From Candidatus Heimdallarchaeota archaeon (lineage in GTDB: Archaea > Asgardarchaeota > Heimdallarchaeia > Heimdallarchaeales > Heimdallarchaeaceae): a stretch of DNA of 64,000 nt. Made by a program: the position numbers and the translations under genes. This document shows positions 28,030-38,524 of this stretch, in pieces. The notes beneath the pieces are model-generated. The model saw only the letters and a list, made by a program, of their open reading frames with translations. It did not search any database and was not told the DNA's origin. The stretch is taken from the NCBI GenBank assembly GCA_018238545.1, contig JABCTC010000004.1, positions 32,001-96,000 of the forward strand, given 5' to 3'. Numbering within the stretch: the stretch's first letter is position 1; every line of letters starts with the position of its first letter.

Positions 28030-30210
28030 TTATTTTCTTCGTTTAATGATAACTACTAGAGCTGTCACACTTAAGAAACCAAGAACAGTAATAAGAACCC
28101 CAGGAGCATCAATTGAAACAGTATTACTTGGTGTTTCAGGTTCGGTTGGATCTTCTGTATCATTTATCCCATCATCTGGACTAACAAATACTTCAATGAA
28201 ATCGTAAGATTCATTACCATATACATCAAACGCTACTATTTCGAAAAGCCAGTATCCAACAGTTAGATAACTTAGATCTAATACAAATTCTTCAGTTGTA
28301 CTACTAGCATAAACAAATGCTACTTCAGTAGAGTTTTGCCACACGGTGTAATTATCTAGATTATCATCGTATATAGTCCATTTGAGTGTAATATTATGAC
28401 CTTCTTCCATGTTTATTGGTGTTCCAGTGTGAGTAAGTGTAGGTTCTTTAACATCAACAGTTCCTGAACCCTCTGCATGTATTATGAAGTGGATATAGTT
28501 TTCATGACCCATTGTATCATTAGCCATAATACTAAATTCATAATCTCCAGCGGTGAATATATGCTCTTTTGGTTTGAATGAAATAGTTTTGCCATCTGTA
28601 TATATTCCTGACTCTATGATTGTTCCATCAAATTTAACCGCATAATTGGTAGGATCTATGTCAAATAATTGCCAATAGAATGTAATATCGTCTCCAATCC
28701 AATACCAATAATCTCCGGTTGGCCCAGCAATCACTGGAGTATCTGGAGAGAGAACTTCGACAGTTACATAAAGATCAATTGATACTCCTTCATTGTCTTC
28801 AAATACAATTAGATAATCATATATTCCTTCTGATAATCCATAATCATATAACCATATGGTATCATTTTGATAACCTTCCCAGTAATCCATGTAACTATAA
28901 ACAAATCCATCCCATTTATAGGTTTGAACTGTCCAGTTTGTATCAGAATAAACATTAAATGGACTATCAAGTTCGGATCCTATTAGTGTAATGTAATCAG
29001 GTCCTTCTATCCACGAAGGTCCCCAAGTTGGAATGACTGTTCTTTCTTCATCTAGGTAGAATTCCCAAGTTGAATTAAGATTATGATTAAAGTCATCATA
29101 TACAACAAATTTTATCCAATGTCCATTAGTTGGTCCATCGAAAGGTATATCGTCTACAAAAACATCGTATTCATTATAACCAGAGGAAACGGAACTAACA
29201 GTATCATACAGATTTTCATCCAAATATACTTCCACTGTAACAGATGGTCCAGCATTCAATATATCAAATGGGATTGTCATCCAAGTAGTATTGTATATCC
29301 TATTATCAAAGGCATAAGGTAATAATGCAGGAATTTCTACATCTGTTGCTCCACCATAAGCTGCGGTTGAACCAACAAGTTTCCAAACCTGAGAGTAAGT
29401 ATACTTAGTGTTATCATGACCTGACAGATTTGTTCCAAGTTCTGTACTGTAACCTCCAAAAGTTCCATAATCATCATAGATTATTGTTTGCTTTAATTCG
29501 AGCATATAGCCTGTTGCAGGATCAATGTAAGCAGTGAAGTAAGATGTAAAATCTTCGTATATTGTATAGCTCACATCATATTGATATTGTGTCCAACTTC
29601 CACTTGAAGTGTAGGAATAGGAATAAACATCAACTGTAATTGGTGTTGTTACACCGTTTATAGTATAAGATACAGTTGTTGTGGTATTATATACAGAAAC
29701 ACTGTAAATATAAGCTGGATCAAAATTCAATGTAGGTGCAAAAGTGTCATATATGTTAGCAGGAGAGAAATAACTATAGTTGTAATTTGAGTCATAATAA
29801 TGATCATGAGAGTAATCAAATTCCCAAGATGTCATTGGATAATTATATACATAGTCCATGCCAGTATAGTGATTTGTTCCATAATAATATGAACTAACTT
29901 TATCAGCTGTTACTGTGCTGGATGTATTTCCAGTTATGAAATAGCTTTGTAATTCTGTTTGTGTATTTGTATCATCATAAATATACCAATGCGACATGTC
30001 ATAGTAGGGATCAAAGTTTGGTTCAAATTCATACCAAATTTGAAAATCTCCTTCATATCGATCAATATAGTTAATCTCATAGAGAAGTTGTTCACCAGGT
30101 AAAACATCCTGATAAGCGGTTGCATTACTGATACCAAATCCTCCAATTAATAAAGATAATATTATTGTTGTGCAAATAAAATAACTTGAACCCCTTTTCA
30201 AGTTTATCAC
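28030..30210 (-). CDS. Large Y/D/T-rich cell-surface protein with Ig-like repeats and C-terminal TM anchor
   Basis: Signal peptide; repeated W...D.....Y...G.Y.F.I.A.D..G motifs; APG + TM + KRRK. Confidence 0.75.
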   Translation of the reverse strand: MINLKRGSSYFICTTIILSLLIGGFGISNATAYQDVLPGEQLLYEINYIDRYEGDFQIWYEFEPNFDPYYDMSHWYIYDDTNTQTELQSYFITGNTSSTVTADKVSSYYYGTNHYTGMDYVYNYPMTSWEFDYSHDHYYDSNYNYSYFSPANIYDTFAPTLNFDPAYIYSVSVYNTTTTVSYTINGVTTPITVDVYSYSYTSSGSWTQYQYDVSYTIYEDFTSYFTAYIDPATGYMLELKQTIIYDDYGTFGGYSTELGTNLSGHDNTKYTYSQVWKLVGSTAAYGGATDVEIPALLPYAFDNRIYNTTWMTIPFDILNAGPSVTVEVYLDENLYDTVSSVSSGYNEYDVFVDDIPFDGPTNGHWIKFVVYDDFNHNLNSTWEFYLDEERTVIPTWGPSWIEGPDYITLIGSELDSPFNVYSDTNWTVQTYKWDGFVYSYMDYWEGYQNDTIWLYDYGLSEGIYDYLIVFEDNEGVSIDLYVTVEVLSPDTPVIAGPTGDYWYWIGDDITFYWQLFDIDPTNYAVKFDGTIIESGIYTDGKTISFKPKEHIFTAGDYEFSIMANDTMGHENYIHFIIHAEGSGTVDVKEPTLTHTGTPINMEEGHNITLKWTIYDDNLDNYTVWQNSTEVAFVYASSTTEEFVLDLSYLTVGYWLFEIVAFDVYGNESYDFIEVFVSPDDGINDTEDPTEPETPSNTVSIDAPGVLITVLGFLSVTALVVIIKRRK

Positions 30211-30325
30211 CTATTAAATTTTATCTTCAAAGTATTTAAATAAAAGGATAAGGGAAAGCGTGAAAGTAAGCCAGAATGAATTATTGCTATACATTAAAAA
30301 ATAAAAAAAAAGAGTAAAAAAGGAT

Positions 30326-31288
30326 TTACTTCCTTTTTCTAGCTAAAACTACTACTAATCCAATAGCTACAAAAGAAACTAATACACCAACAAATGGGAA
30401 GGGTAAGAAGAAACCAGATTTTATTACAACCTCTATAGGTTGGAATTCCATTTGAGAACTTCCAGAAGTATCTTTTTCTAATGATCTGATTAGTAAACCA
30501 GTTTTTAGTTCATAGTGAGTATCAACTTCACCAACATCATCTAATCCAAAGGTTGCTGTGTTAATATATTCCACATTCATACAATCATAAGCATCTCCTT
30601 GAGTAGTAGTAATTGGTTCAAATTCGTCCACTACACCATTTGAAGGCTCAAAACTGACTGTATCAGCTACATTACCATGAGGATTAACTGCGTAAGGTGT
30701 ATATGCATTATACGATAATAAAACAGCATTAATTATCGCGAATGAGAATATCATCCCAAAATAATCCACATAGTTGGTTTCAGATCCATCCATATCTTCC
30801 CACAGGTAAGACACACCTTCAATAGTGATATTTGCTTTGTCGAAATCCATCATTCCAGCTGTATCTTTTAGATAGAGAATATCTACTGAAGCTTCCCAGG
30901 TAGCGTTTCTCATCATCAATGTTGCTGCAGGTAGGAAAGTTGTTCTATTATGTTCAAAAACAGCAGCTGTTATTTCCATTACGGTCATATCATCAGCTCC
31001 AAGAGGATTTTCCCCATCTGCTTGAAATTCGTATAGAACCTTGAAATTGACAAGATTGAGAAGAGTGTTTGTGTCGTTCCATATTTCGTCTACTGAAAGT
31101 GTCATATACGCCATCAAAACGTCATTGTGAGTTGAATTTGTATAAAGGTATTTTCCTTTTACATAACTACCTTCAGTTACTACTAACTGGTCAGATAAAA
31201 GTGCTCCTTGAGATAGAGCTGAAAAACAAATAGATGCGACCAGTAACCCCGTTATTAAAATTGTAAATGATTTGACTTTTCTATTCAT
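30326..31288 (-). CDS. Secreted protein with C-terminal TM anchor
   Basis: Signal peptide; HYELKTGLLI; LPFPF + TM + RKRK. Confidence 0.7.
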   Translation of the reverse strand: MNRKVKSFTILITGLLVASICFSALSQGALLSDQLVVTEGSYVKGKYLYTNSTHNDVLMAYMTLSVDEIWNDTNTLLNLVNFKVLYEFQADGENPLGADDMTVMEITAAVFEHNRTTFLPAATLMMRNATWEASVDILYLKDTAGMMDFDKANITIEGVSYLWEDMDGSETNYVDYFGMIFSFAIINAVLLSYNAYTPYAVNPHGNVADTVSFEPSNGVVDEFEPITTTQGDAYDCMNVEYINTATFGLDDVGEVDTHYELKTGLLIRSLEKDTSGSSQMEFQPIEVVIKSGFFLPFPFVGVLVSFVAIGLVVVLARKRK

Positions 31289-31382
31289 TGTAATAAAATA
31301 TAATTAATTTCTACATTATATAGTTTTTGTTAAAGAAAATTAGAGGAAATTAATCTGCAACTAGAGAACTATCTAAGACATT

Positions 31383-32225
31383 TCAGGATTCGTGTATTTT
31401 GGCTAGTTTTGTTTTCATCATATAATTTTCTAGCTGTTGATAGTTCTGGGAAACATCCATATCAAGACCAAAACCAAGGTCTTCAATAAGAACTGTGCCC
31501 ATTTTCATTTTGAAGGCTCGTTCCAAGACTATGACTGCATCTTTAAGTTTTGCACGTCTAAGAACAAGCTTAAAGAGCTTTGTCCATGTAGCAGGACGTC
31601 GGAAAACATACCAAGCAACAGCCCAGAATGATCGTTTTCTTCGAAGTCTACTTATATCAGCTATTATTTGTTCACCTTCAAGAATTGCCTTTTTACTCAG
31701 AGTAAACATCTCACCTGGAAAAATCTGACAATCTGTAAAATCACCAGTAACTCTCCCCGCTTCAGGGAACTCCTTTTGACATAGTCCATAAGGAACTACA
31801 GAGAGAATGAAATCATATTCTCTCATCTCCATAACAGCTTCAAGGAACTCATCTATTTTTTCAACAGTAATCGCTGGTGTATCTGCCATACAGATAACAT
31901 ATTCATCAAATGATTTTCCTCTAGCCTTCAAATGTTGATATCCTTCAACATATTTTTCACTTAAATCTGCAAAAAAATCAACAGGAATATATTCAACTGC
32001 TTCACCAAAATCCAAATCTTCTTTTGAAATACCTAAACTATAAATTCCTTCAACATGTTTCGATTGAACTAGCTCATCAACCACCCATTGAGCAACAGGT
32101 TTCCCTAGAAAGGGCAAGAGACACTTTCCTTTATACTTATCATCAGGATCTAAAACTTGCATGATTTCTCTTTTAATGTTTTTATCTCGACCAGACATCA
32201 GGAAAATAGGGAATTTTTTGGTCAA
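31383..32225 (-). CDS. MobA-like NTP transferase, paralog 1
   Basis: MSGR, KCLLPFLGKP..QWV, MADTP, GLDMD. Confidence 0.75.
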   Translation of the reverse strand: MTKKFPIFLMSGRDKNIKREIMQVLDPDDKYKGKCLLPFLGKPVAQWVVDELVQSKHVEGIYSLGISKEDLDFGEAVEYIPVDFFADLSEKYVEGYQHLKARGKSFDEYVICMADTPAITVEKIDEFLEAVMEMREYDFILSVVPYGLCQKEFPEAGRVTGDFTDCQIFPGEMFTLSKKAILEGEQIIADISRLRRKRSFWAVAWYVFRRPATWTKLFKLVLRRAKLKDAVIVLERAFKMKMGTVLIEDLGFGLDMDVSQNYQQLENYMMKTKLAKIHES

Positions 32226-32258
32226 TTAGCCTTTCACCATAAAGAATAGATAAACCGC

Positions 32259-33071
32259 GTGTTATTTATAAAGGATTGGCTGAAACATTACTTATTTTAT
32301 CCCAATTACACTAGAAATATTTATATCTGCATAAGATTTGACACCTTTGCAATGGTAATGAATGGTTTAGTCTCATTAATATTCTTCGGAATAGAACTTG
32401 CAATACTAATAGTAGTTATTATCTTCAACAGAGATCACAAACATTTCTGGGAGATAGTAGCATTCTTAGTATTATTACAACTATATCAGCTATCGGAATT
32501 TCTTGTATGCATAGGAGTGAGTGTTGGATTCATAACACGAATAGGTTTTGTGATCATAACATTTCTACCACCTCTAGGTTACTTTCTTTGTACGAGGGTT
32601 GTGAAATGGAAATTCCCTGACTACTGGTTTGGCTTTGCTTTGGCAATAGCATTCTCAATTTATTATATCGTGGATACATCCTCCGTTGTGCTGGTAGATT
32701 GTAATCCTTTTTTTGCAACATATCAATCAACCGGTAGTATATCTATAGGTCCTAGTACAGCTCCGTATGAATTACGTATAAGTGCGTTATATAGTGCTTT
32801 TTACTTTGGTTCGCTCTTATACAGCATTTGGTTCCTTGTTGAAAATCTCATCTGGGCTAAAGATAAAATCGACAACAAATATGGAACTATAGTTCTAATA
32901 GGGTTTCTTTCTTTCATGTTGCCTATGCTATTAATGGTCATACTCCTACCACAGTATGCTGTTGCAGTAGCAAGTATTTTGTGCAAGTATGCCCTCATCT
33001 TAGCGGTTACGTTGTTAGGGTTCTCTTTCATAAAAGATAAAAAACCTCTTGAAGAAACTTCGAAGGTATAA
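32259..33071 (+). CDS. Multi-pass (about 7 TM) membrane protein (probable start ~32352)
   Basis: Successive hydrophobic helices; QLSEFLVC, FLPPLG, ASILCKYA. Confidence 0.65.
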   Translation: MLFIKDWLKHYLFYPNYTRNIYICIRFDTFAMVMNGLVSLIFFGIELAILIVVIIFNRDHKHFWEIVAFLVLLQLYQLSEFLVCIGVSVGFITRIGFVIITFLPPLGYFLCTRVVKWKFPDYWFGFALAIAFSIYYIVDTSSVVLVDCNPFFATYQSTGSISIGPSTAPYELRISALYSAFYFGSLLYSIWFLVENLIWAKDKIDNKYGTIVLIGFLSFMLPMLLMVILLPQYAVAVASILCKYALILAVTLLGFSFIKDKKPLEETSKV

Positions 33072-33077
33072 AGATCT

Positions 33078-33902
33078 TCAAACTATTTTTTTTATTTTTT
33101 TAACATATTTTTCTAGTTTCTCATAATCTCCTGGAAGATCCATGTCCATACCAATGCCTGGATCGTCAAGAAGAACAACATCTGCTTTACAGCTAAATGC
33201 TCTTTCAAAACCTATTACTGCATCCTGTAGTGTAGCAGTTTTCATAAAAATTTTCAGAATCTTTGACCAAGACCTAGGTCTTTTACCAATAAATTTCAGA
33301 ATCTGCTTAAAAGAGCGTTTTTTGCGTATGTTTGAGAAACTTTTGATAACTTCTTCCCCTTTATCTATTGCTCTTGGACTAAGAAATAACACATCTCCTT
33401 GAACCAAATTATGTTTACCAATTCTTGCAACTGCTCTTTCTGAATTGGGTATAGCGTCTTCTATTATATCTGCTGGAACAACTCCTAGGACAAAATCATA
33501 TCCTCTTCGATCCTGTAAAACTTCCATGAATTGATTAAATCCTTCTAGGGTCATTCCAGGTATATCAGAAAATGTTATGATGATATTATCAGGATGGATA
33601 TTTTTACTTCTTAGGTACTTCAATCCTGCTTTATACTTTGAGTAGAGAGTACCTTTGGAACGAACAGGAATAAATTCAAGATTCCCTCTCAAATCTGCGT
33701 CAGATTCATCTAAACCAAGAATATAAATTTTATCAACGTATTCAGATTCTTCTAGAACATCAATTACCCACTGAACTAGAGGTTTGCCAAGAAATGGAAG
33801 CAAACTCTTAGCTTTGTATTGCTCATTTGGGTCATGGAAAACAAGTAAATCTCTTCGAACTTCATCTCTTCCTGCAAATAAGAATACGGGAAATTTTATC
33901 AT
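33078..33902 (-). CDS. MobA-like NTP transferase, paralog 2
   Basis: FAGR, KSLLPFLGKPLVQWV, FSDIP, GMDMDLP. Confidence 0.75.
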   Translation of the reverse strand: MIKFPVFLFAGRDEVRRDLLVFHDPNEQYKAKSLLPFLGKPLVQWVIDVLEESEYVDKIYILGLDESDADLRGNLEFIPVRSKGTLYSKYKAGLKYLRSKNIHPDNIIITFSDIPGMTLEGFNQFMEVLQDRRGYDFVLGVVPADIIEDAIPNSERAVARIGKHNLVQGDVLFLSPRAIDKGEEVIKSFSNIRKKRSFKQILKFIGKRPRSWSKILKIFMKTATLQDAVIGFERAFSCKADVVLLDDPGIGMDMDLPGDYEKLEKYVKKIKKIV

Positions 33903-33983
33903 AATAAAATTAGTATAGCTTAAGTAATTTATAATTCTTTTACTGCAACAATAGTTTATAACCTAAGGCAAGTTAATATCGAT

Positions 33984-34859
33984 TTAACTTATACCTTCGG
34001 TGTAAGGAATATTTTTTGTTTTGCTAACAAATCTCTTCACTTTGTCATAATCTTCAGGTAAATCAATATCCATACCTGAAGCACCATCGTGAGAAATTAC
34101 AGCTTTCACGGAAAGTTTGCTAATAATAGAAATTATTTTTTCAGCTCCTTTGAGTTCTAATTTACCTCGTATAAATTTAATAACAAGAGGCCAAGTTCTT
34201 GGTCTTCTGAAAATCATTCGAAGTATTGGTGTTAAGGCACTAGTGGATTTTGATCTTTCTCTTCTTTTAATTAAACGGCGCCTTCGACCGAACTCATCAA
34301 TCAGTTTGGAACAAGATTTTATTGCTTTCTCATTGACCATATATAGTTCACCAGGGAAGACATCTATGTCAGTAAATTTTCCTACAACACGTTCGTGTTC
34401 GGGAAATATTTCTTTAACAGATTCTTCAGAAACTACAACTTGAATATAATCATAATCTTCATTTTTTTCTACTGCTTCAAAGAACTCATTTATCGCCTCA
34501 ACTGTAATACAAGGAGTATCTGATGATGAGACAATGAATTTCTCAGTGTTCTTACCTTGTGCACGAACGTAGCTCAAGCCTGCTAACAATTTTTCCCCAT
34601 AATTAGATGTAGCAGAGATAGGTACATAATTCACATGATAGTCAAATTTCGCTTGCTCTTCTGTGACACCTAGAAGATATATTTCTTCCACATAAGGTGA
34701 TTTGATTAGTTCTTCTAACTGCCAATCCATCATTCGTTTACCAAGAAATGGCACTAATCCTTTTACGCCATATCTTCCATCAGGATCTATGAAATTTAAT
34801 AATTCTCGTTTTTTCTTATCACTTCCACAGAGTACTAAAACAGGATATTTAGATGCCAA
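33984..34859 (-). CDS. MobA-like NTP transferase, paralog 3
   Basis: LCGS, KGLVPFLGKRM, SSDTP, GMDIDLPED. Confidence 0.75.
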   Translation of the reverse strand: MASKYPVLVLCGSDKKKRELLNFIDPDGRYGVKGLVPFLGKRMMDWQLEELIKSPYVEEIYLLGVTEEQAKFDYHVNYVPISATSNYGEKLLAGLSYVRAQGKNTEKFIVSSSDTPCITVEAINEFFEAVEKNEDYDYIQVVVSEESVKEIFPEHERVVGKFTDIDVFPGELYMVNEKAIKSCSKLIDEFGRRRRLIKRRERSKSTSALTPILRMIFRRPRTWPLVIKFIRGKLELKGAEKIISIISKLSVKAVISHDGASGMDIDLPEDYDKVKRFVSKTKNIPYTEGIS

Positions 34860-35035
34860 ATCAATTACCGAGATATCAATTCTCTGCTCCTTTAAAAATT
34901 ATTGCGTGAAATTTATTCCAACTCAAACATATCTCAAACAACTTTTTTTATTAAATATTTTTTAATGAAACAACTTTAAATAAAAGTCGTATAACGTATA
35001 CTAGTTATCAGAGAGATAGTATTTCTCTAAAATAA

Positions 35036-35482
35036 GTGATAATAATGGCATTAAAAGATGGAGACTGCATAAAATTTGTTCAAGGTAAATATGAAGAAAC
35101 CTTAGATTTCCAAAAAAGTGAACAAACTGAGATCTTTAATTGGAAACAGGAGAAATTAACTCTAGGTTTACAATACTGGGATTCAAAACTTGATAGGGTA
35201 AACGAGTGGAAAGATAGCCAGAAACAATCTTGTATAACTTGGTGGATTGGAGTAAGATGGATTTGTATAGCTTATACATTTACTGTTTTTGGTGTTTGGT
35301 TTGCATTTGAATGGACTAAACACATAATTGCGCTATGTTATGTATATGAAATATTTGCTTGTTCTTATGCCTGGAATTGGATCAGTACAAGTTTGAAATT
35401 AGTATGGTATACAATTGTAACTTTTATCTGTATGATTCTCATATGGATTTGGAAACCTCTAAGACCAGCACATAGAGTTTAA
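35036..35482 (+). CDS. Hypothetical Trp/Cys-rich membrane-associated protein
   Basis: Charged helical N-half and W/C-rich hydrophobic C-half. Confidence 0.6.
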   Translation: MIIMALKDGDCIKFVQGKYEETLDFQKSEQTEIFNWKQEKLTLGLQYWDSKLDRVNEWKDSQKQSCITWWIGVRWICIAYTFTVFGVWFAFEWTKHIIALCYVYEIFACSYAWNWISTSLKLVWYTIVTFICMILIWIWKPLRPAHRV

Positions 35483-35518
35483 ATTACTCAAAGAATGTTT
35501 GATAAACATTCTCTTTTT

Positions 35519-36562
35519 TTATTTAAAAAATAAAGCCCAGATCCAGTCTACAAGGGTATGTAAGAGCATAGCTGAGAATAGCCCCCCTTTCCACCAAGAA
35601 TAACCATATGCTATCCCGGCTATTGAAGCAAGCAAGATATAAACCCAGATGAATTCAGAAGAAGTATTATTCCAGTGGCTTGCTCCAAAGATAATAGAAG
35701 CAACAATTAGAACTATCCATCTCCAATACTTGTAGAAATTTTTCTCCTTATCTATAACATTCTCAGTTAATTGATGTTGAATCACTGCTCTTGCAATTAG
35801 TTCTTCCGGTAAAGCAATTGTTAACCAAATACCGATAAATGAGAAAATGAATAGGAGAAAACCTGGCCAACTTGGAGACCAAGTAAGAAAACCTGTAGCT
35901 AAACCAATAGGTACTGAAATGATCACTAAACCTGCACTTAACACAGATGGATAAAGAAGCTTCTTTATTGACGGTTTCCAATTCACTTTCTTTGTATAGT
36001 CTTTCATTTGAACAGAATAGAGGAGAAGAATAAGCGAACTAACCCATAGAGCATTGAATGTATATTCCATTGAAACGAATCCTGATGCTGCTGCTTCAGT
36101 ATATCTATTATCAAAACCAATAGCAAATAGAAGAACGCTTACTATCGAGAAAATAAAGTTAAAGCGGGTTTTAGGAATACAAATTGGAATAATGAAGAGA
36201 ACAGTAGGTAACACATACCACAATAGGAATGAAGTAAAAGCAGAAAGGATATCGGTTGAGTAAAACCAATTAATAATTGGTAAAAACAATAGATACAACA
36301 CTAAAACAGGGTAAAAATGCAAGTGATTTTTAAAATAATCGATTATAATTTCATTAATCGGAGGTATTAGGAGGATGAAAATTATTATTGCCAATAGAAA
36401 TATTAAACTGCAAAATAGTACAGTTTGTGAAATAAGAATCTGATCAGAAATGTCCTTTTGCGGTTCCATTAAACCTACAGCCAAACTCAACAAACCAGCA
36501 ATAAGTGGGATGAAAATTAGTTCGAGTATTATAGTAGTTTTTTTACTTATCATCTTATTCAT
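35519..36562 (-). CDS. CPBP (CAAX/Abi) intramembrane metalloprotease
   Basis: PEELIAR, FGASH, LHTLVD; multiple TM helices. Confidence 0.85.
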   Translation of the reverse strand: MNKMISKKTTIILELIFIPLIAGLLSLAVGLMEPQKDISDQILISQTVLFCSLIFLLAIIIFILLIPPINEIIIDYFKNHLHFYPVLVLYLLFLPIINWFYSTDILSAFTSFLLWYVLPTVLFIIPICIPKTRFNFIFSIVSVLLFAIGFDNRYTEAAASGFVSMEYTFNALWVSSLILLLYSVQMKDYTKKVNWKPSIKKLLYPSVLSAGLVIISVPIGLATGFLTWSPSWPGFLLFIFSFIGIWLTIALPEELIARAVIQHQLTENVIDKEKNFYKYWRWIVLIVASIIFGASHWNNTSSEFIWVYILLASIAGIAYGYSWWKGGLFSAMLLHTLVDWIWALFFK

Positions 36563-37313
36563 CTTTCTTTTTCTTCCCTACTGAGGCTAAATATATAACG
36601 AATTGCTCTTCTCCATCGATTCTTAAAGCATCATTCAACAGATTATCATCAAATGCAGCAACAGCACAAATTCCAGCTTGTATTGCTTCAGCTGCAAGGT
36701 ACAAGTTCTGACAAACATGCCCAACATCAATATGTAAATAGCGATAACTTCGTTCACTGTATCGATAGACCATTCTATAAGGAACTGCTGTCCAAATGAA
36801 TGTTACTGAGTTATTCTTGAGAAACTTCTGGTTCAAAGCAGCTTTGACTATCACATCTGATATGTTTTCATCAAAAACATATTCAACTAGTTTATGATCT
36901 GATGCAACATAACGATATAGACCTTGTTCCAGAGTTTCAACGTTATTAATCAACAAATAAGTTTCAAGAGCATGTCGCGCTCCTGCACTAGGTACATTCC
37001 GAAGAGTTATGGTGTCCTGCACGTATTCTCGAATACCTTGAGTACTCCAAAGCAACCATGAAAGCTCTTTAAGTGTCATTTTTTTATCAGAATAATTACG
37101 AATACTTTTTCTGTCTTCTATTGCAGATTTCAATGTACATTGATCAAAATCTAACGTTTCTGGTTTGGGTAAATCAAAGGATTTCATCTTGTGTGCATAC
37201 TCTATTTCAAAATGAGGTGTTGGTAAACCTTGACTCTGATCTGATGGAGTAACATAACTATATTGAGTTTTCTTCATGAATTCTTTTCCAATATGATCCT
37301 TCATTATTCTCAC
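36555..37313 (-). CDS. SagB/ThcOx-type nitroreductase-family dehydrogenase
   Basis: RKSIRNY, RNVPSAGARHALETY, YRYLHIDVGHVCQNLYL. Confidence 0.88.
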   Translation of the reverse strand: MRIMKDHIGKEFMKKTQYSYVTPSDQSQGLPTPHFEIEYAHKMKSFDLPKPETLDFDQCTLKSAIEDRKSIRNYSDKKMTLKELSWLLWSTQGIREYVQDTITLRNVPSAGARHALETYLLINNVETLEQGLYRYVASDHKLVEYVFDENISDVIVKAALNQKFLKNNSVTFIWTAVPYRMVYRYSERSYRYLHIDVGHVCQNLYLAAEAIQAGICAVAAFDDNLLNDALRIDGEEQFVIYLASVGKKKKDE

Positions 37314-37390
37314 AGTTGCTTATAATTCAAATAAACTATAATAGAACGATAATATAAAAATAGCTCATTAAATTGATATAGGATGAATAA

Positions 37391-38461
37391 TTATGCACCA
37401 TTCAATTTTCTATCAAGTTCAGCTAAATCGAATTTATACATAGTTTGAGCAATATTAAGTTTGAAACCCATCCTATCATTAATCGATATCATAGGTTCGT
37501 TTGAGATAGCATTATCTGTTTGAATGTACTTGGTTTCAGAAAAATTGTCTTTAATATAGAGAAGCATATTAGATTTAAGCCATTTGCCCAATCCTCTTCC
37601 ACGATATTCTTGCTTTACACCAGTTAAGAGTTGCATAATCCTTTCAGGCATTTCAGGGATCTGTAAAAATTCTGTTAAACCACTTATTTTACCATCTTTT
37701 TCTCGAGTGATTTTTGTATACCATTTTAGACCTTGTTGTTTGAGTTGTTCTTCTTGTAATCGTCTTGACTCTGGGGTTACACGCATTTCCGCTTCAATTT
37801 CGCCAAAAGGTTGTTGATTAATGGTTTCTGTGTAGAGATTTACATATTCTGCAAGAATATCTTCAGGACAATCAGTGAATGAGTGCAGAGTTACACCTTC
37901 TTTTTCCGCTGTCACATCTCCTTCATTTTTCCACTGCTCGATCATTGACCAATTAACTTCGTTTATGTGTAAACGATTTTCAGCAGCTTCTAGAGCGACA
38001 TCTCCACCAAATTTCTTACAAAACTTGTGACCTGAATCAAGATTAACATCAACTAAGAGCGTGTCTACATACTTATCTTCCTTAGCTTTCTCAATAATAA
38101 TTTTAAGGGCTTTGCTTCCAATTCCTCTTTTTCGGTAATCTTTGTCAACATCCAAACGGATGTCTGCGTTATGCTTATTTTCTTGATATGCTGGATCTTT
38201 TTTAGTTGAAAAACCTATTCTAGCAATTCCAATAGCTCTTTCTTTTTCAAGCTCTTTTCTGAGAACTAACCACCAGTATCGTTTAACTTCAGGTATTTTT
38301 GTAGTCATCATTCTCCGTAACAAAGCTCTTGGAGGTGGAGATTCACCAGGTCTTTTTTCTTCACCAAGCTTTTCTGCTAATTCAAAGTATAGATTGTAAA
38401 GCTTGTCTGAAGCTTTATGTGTATCGAATTCCACAATACGCATATCACCAGAAGTCATCAT
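37391..38461 (-). CDS. Tandem GNAT acetyltransferase
   Basis: YRKRGIGS and TGVKQEYRGRGLGKWLK, TDNA.SN.PM..IN..MGF. Confidence 0.85.
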   Translation of the reverse strand: MMTSGDMRIVEFDTHKASDKLYNLYFELAEKLGEEKRPGESPPPRALLRRMMTTKIPEVKRYWWLVLRKELEKERAIGIARIGFSTKKDPAYQENKHNADIRLDVDKDYRKRGIGSKALKIIIEKAKEDKYVDTLLVDVNLDSGHKFCKKFGGDVALEAAENRLHINEVNWSMIEQWKNEGDVTAEKEGVTLHSFTDCPEDILAEYVNLYTETINQQPFGEIEAEMRVTPESRRLQEEQLKQQGLKWYTKITREKDGKISGLTEFLQIPEMPERIMQLLTGVKQEYRGRGLGKWLKSNMLLYIKDNFSETKYIQTDNAISNEPMISINDRMGFKLNIAQTMYKFDLAELDRKLNGA

Positions 38462-38524
38462 GCGTTATTCTTATTCCTATTTATATAATTAAGCAAAGAG
38501 GCCACTCAAAAGAAAAAAGAGAGA

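Noticed and set aside
35036-38461. SagB + CAAX protease + GNAT as an azole RiPP cluster
   Set aside because: No YcaO/E1 cyclodehydratase or convincing precursor peptide; stand-alone SagB-type nitroreductases are common.
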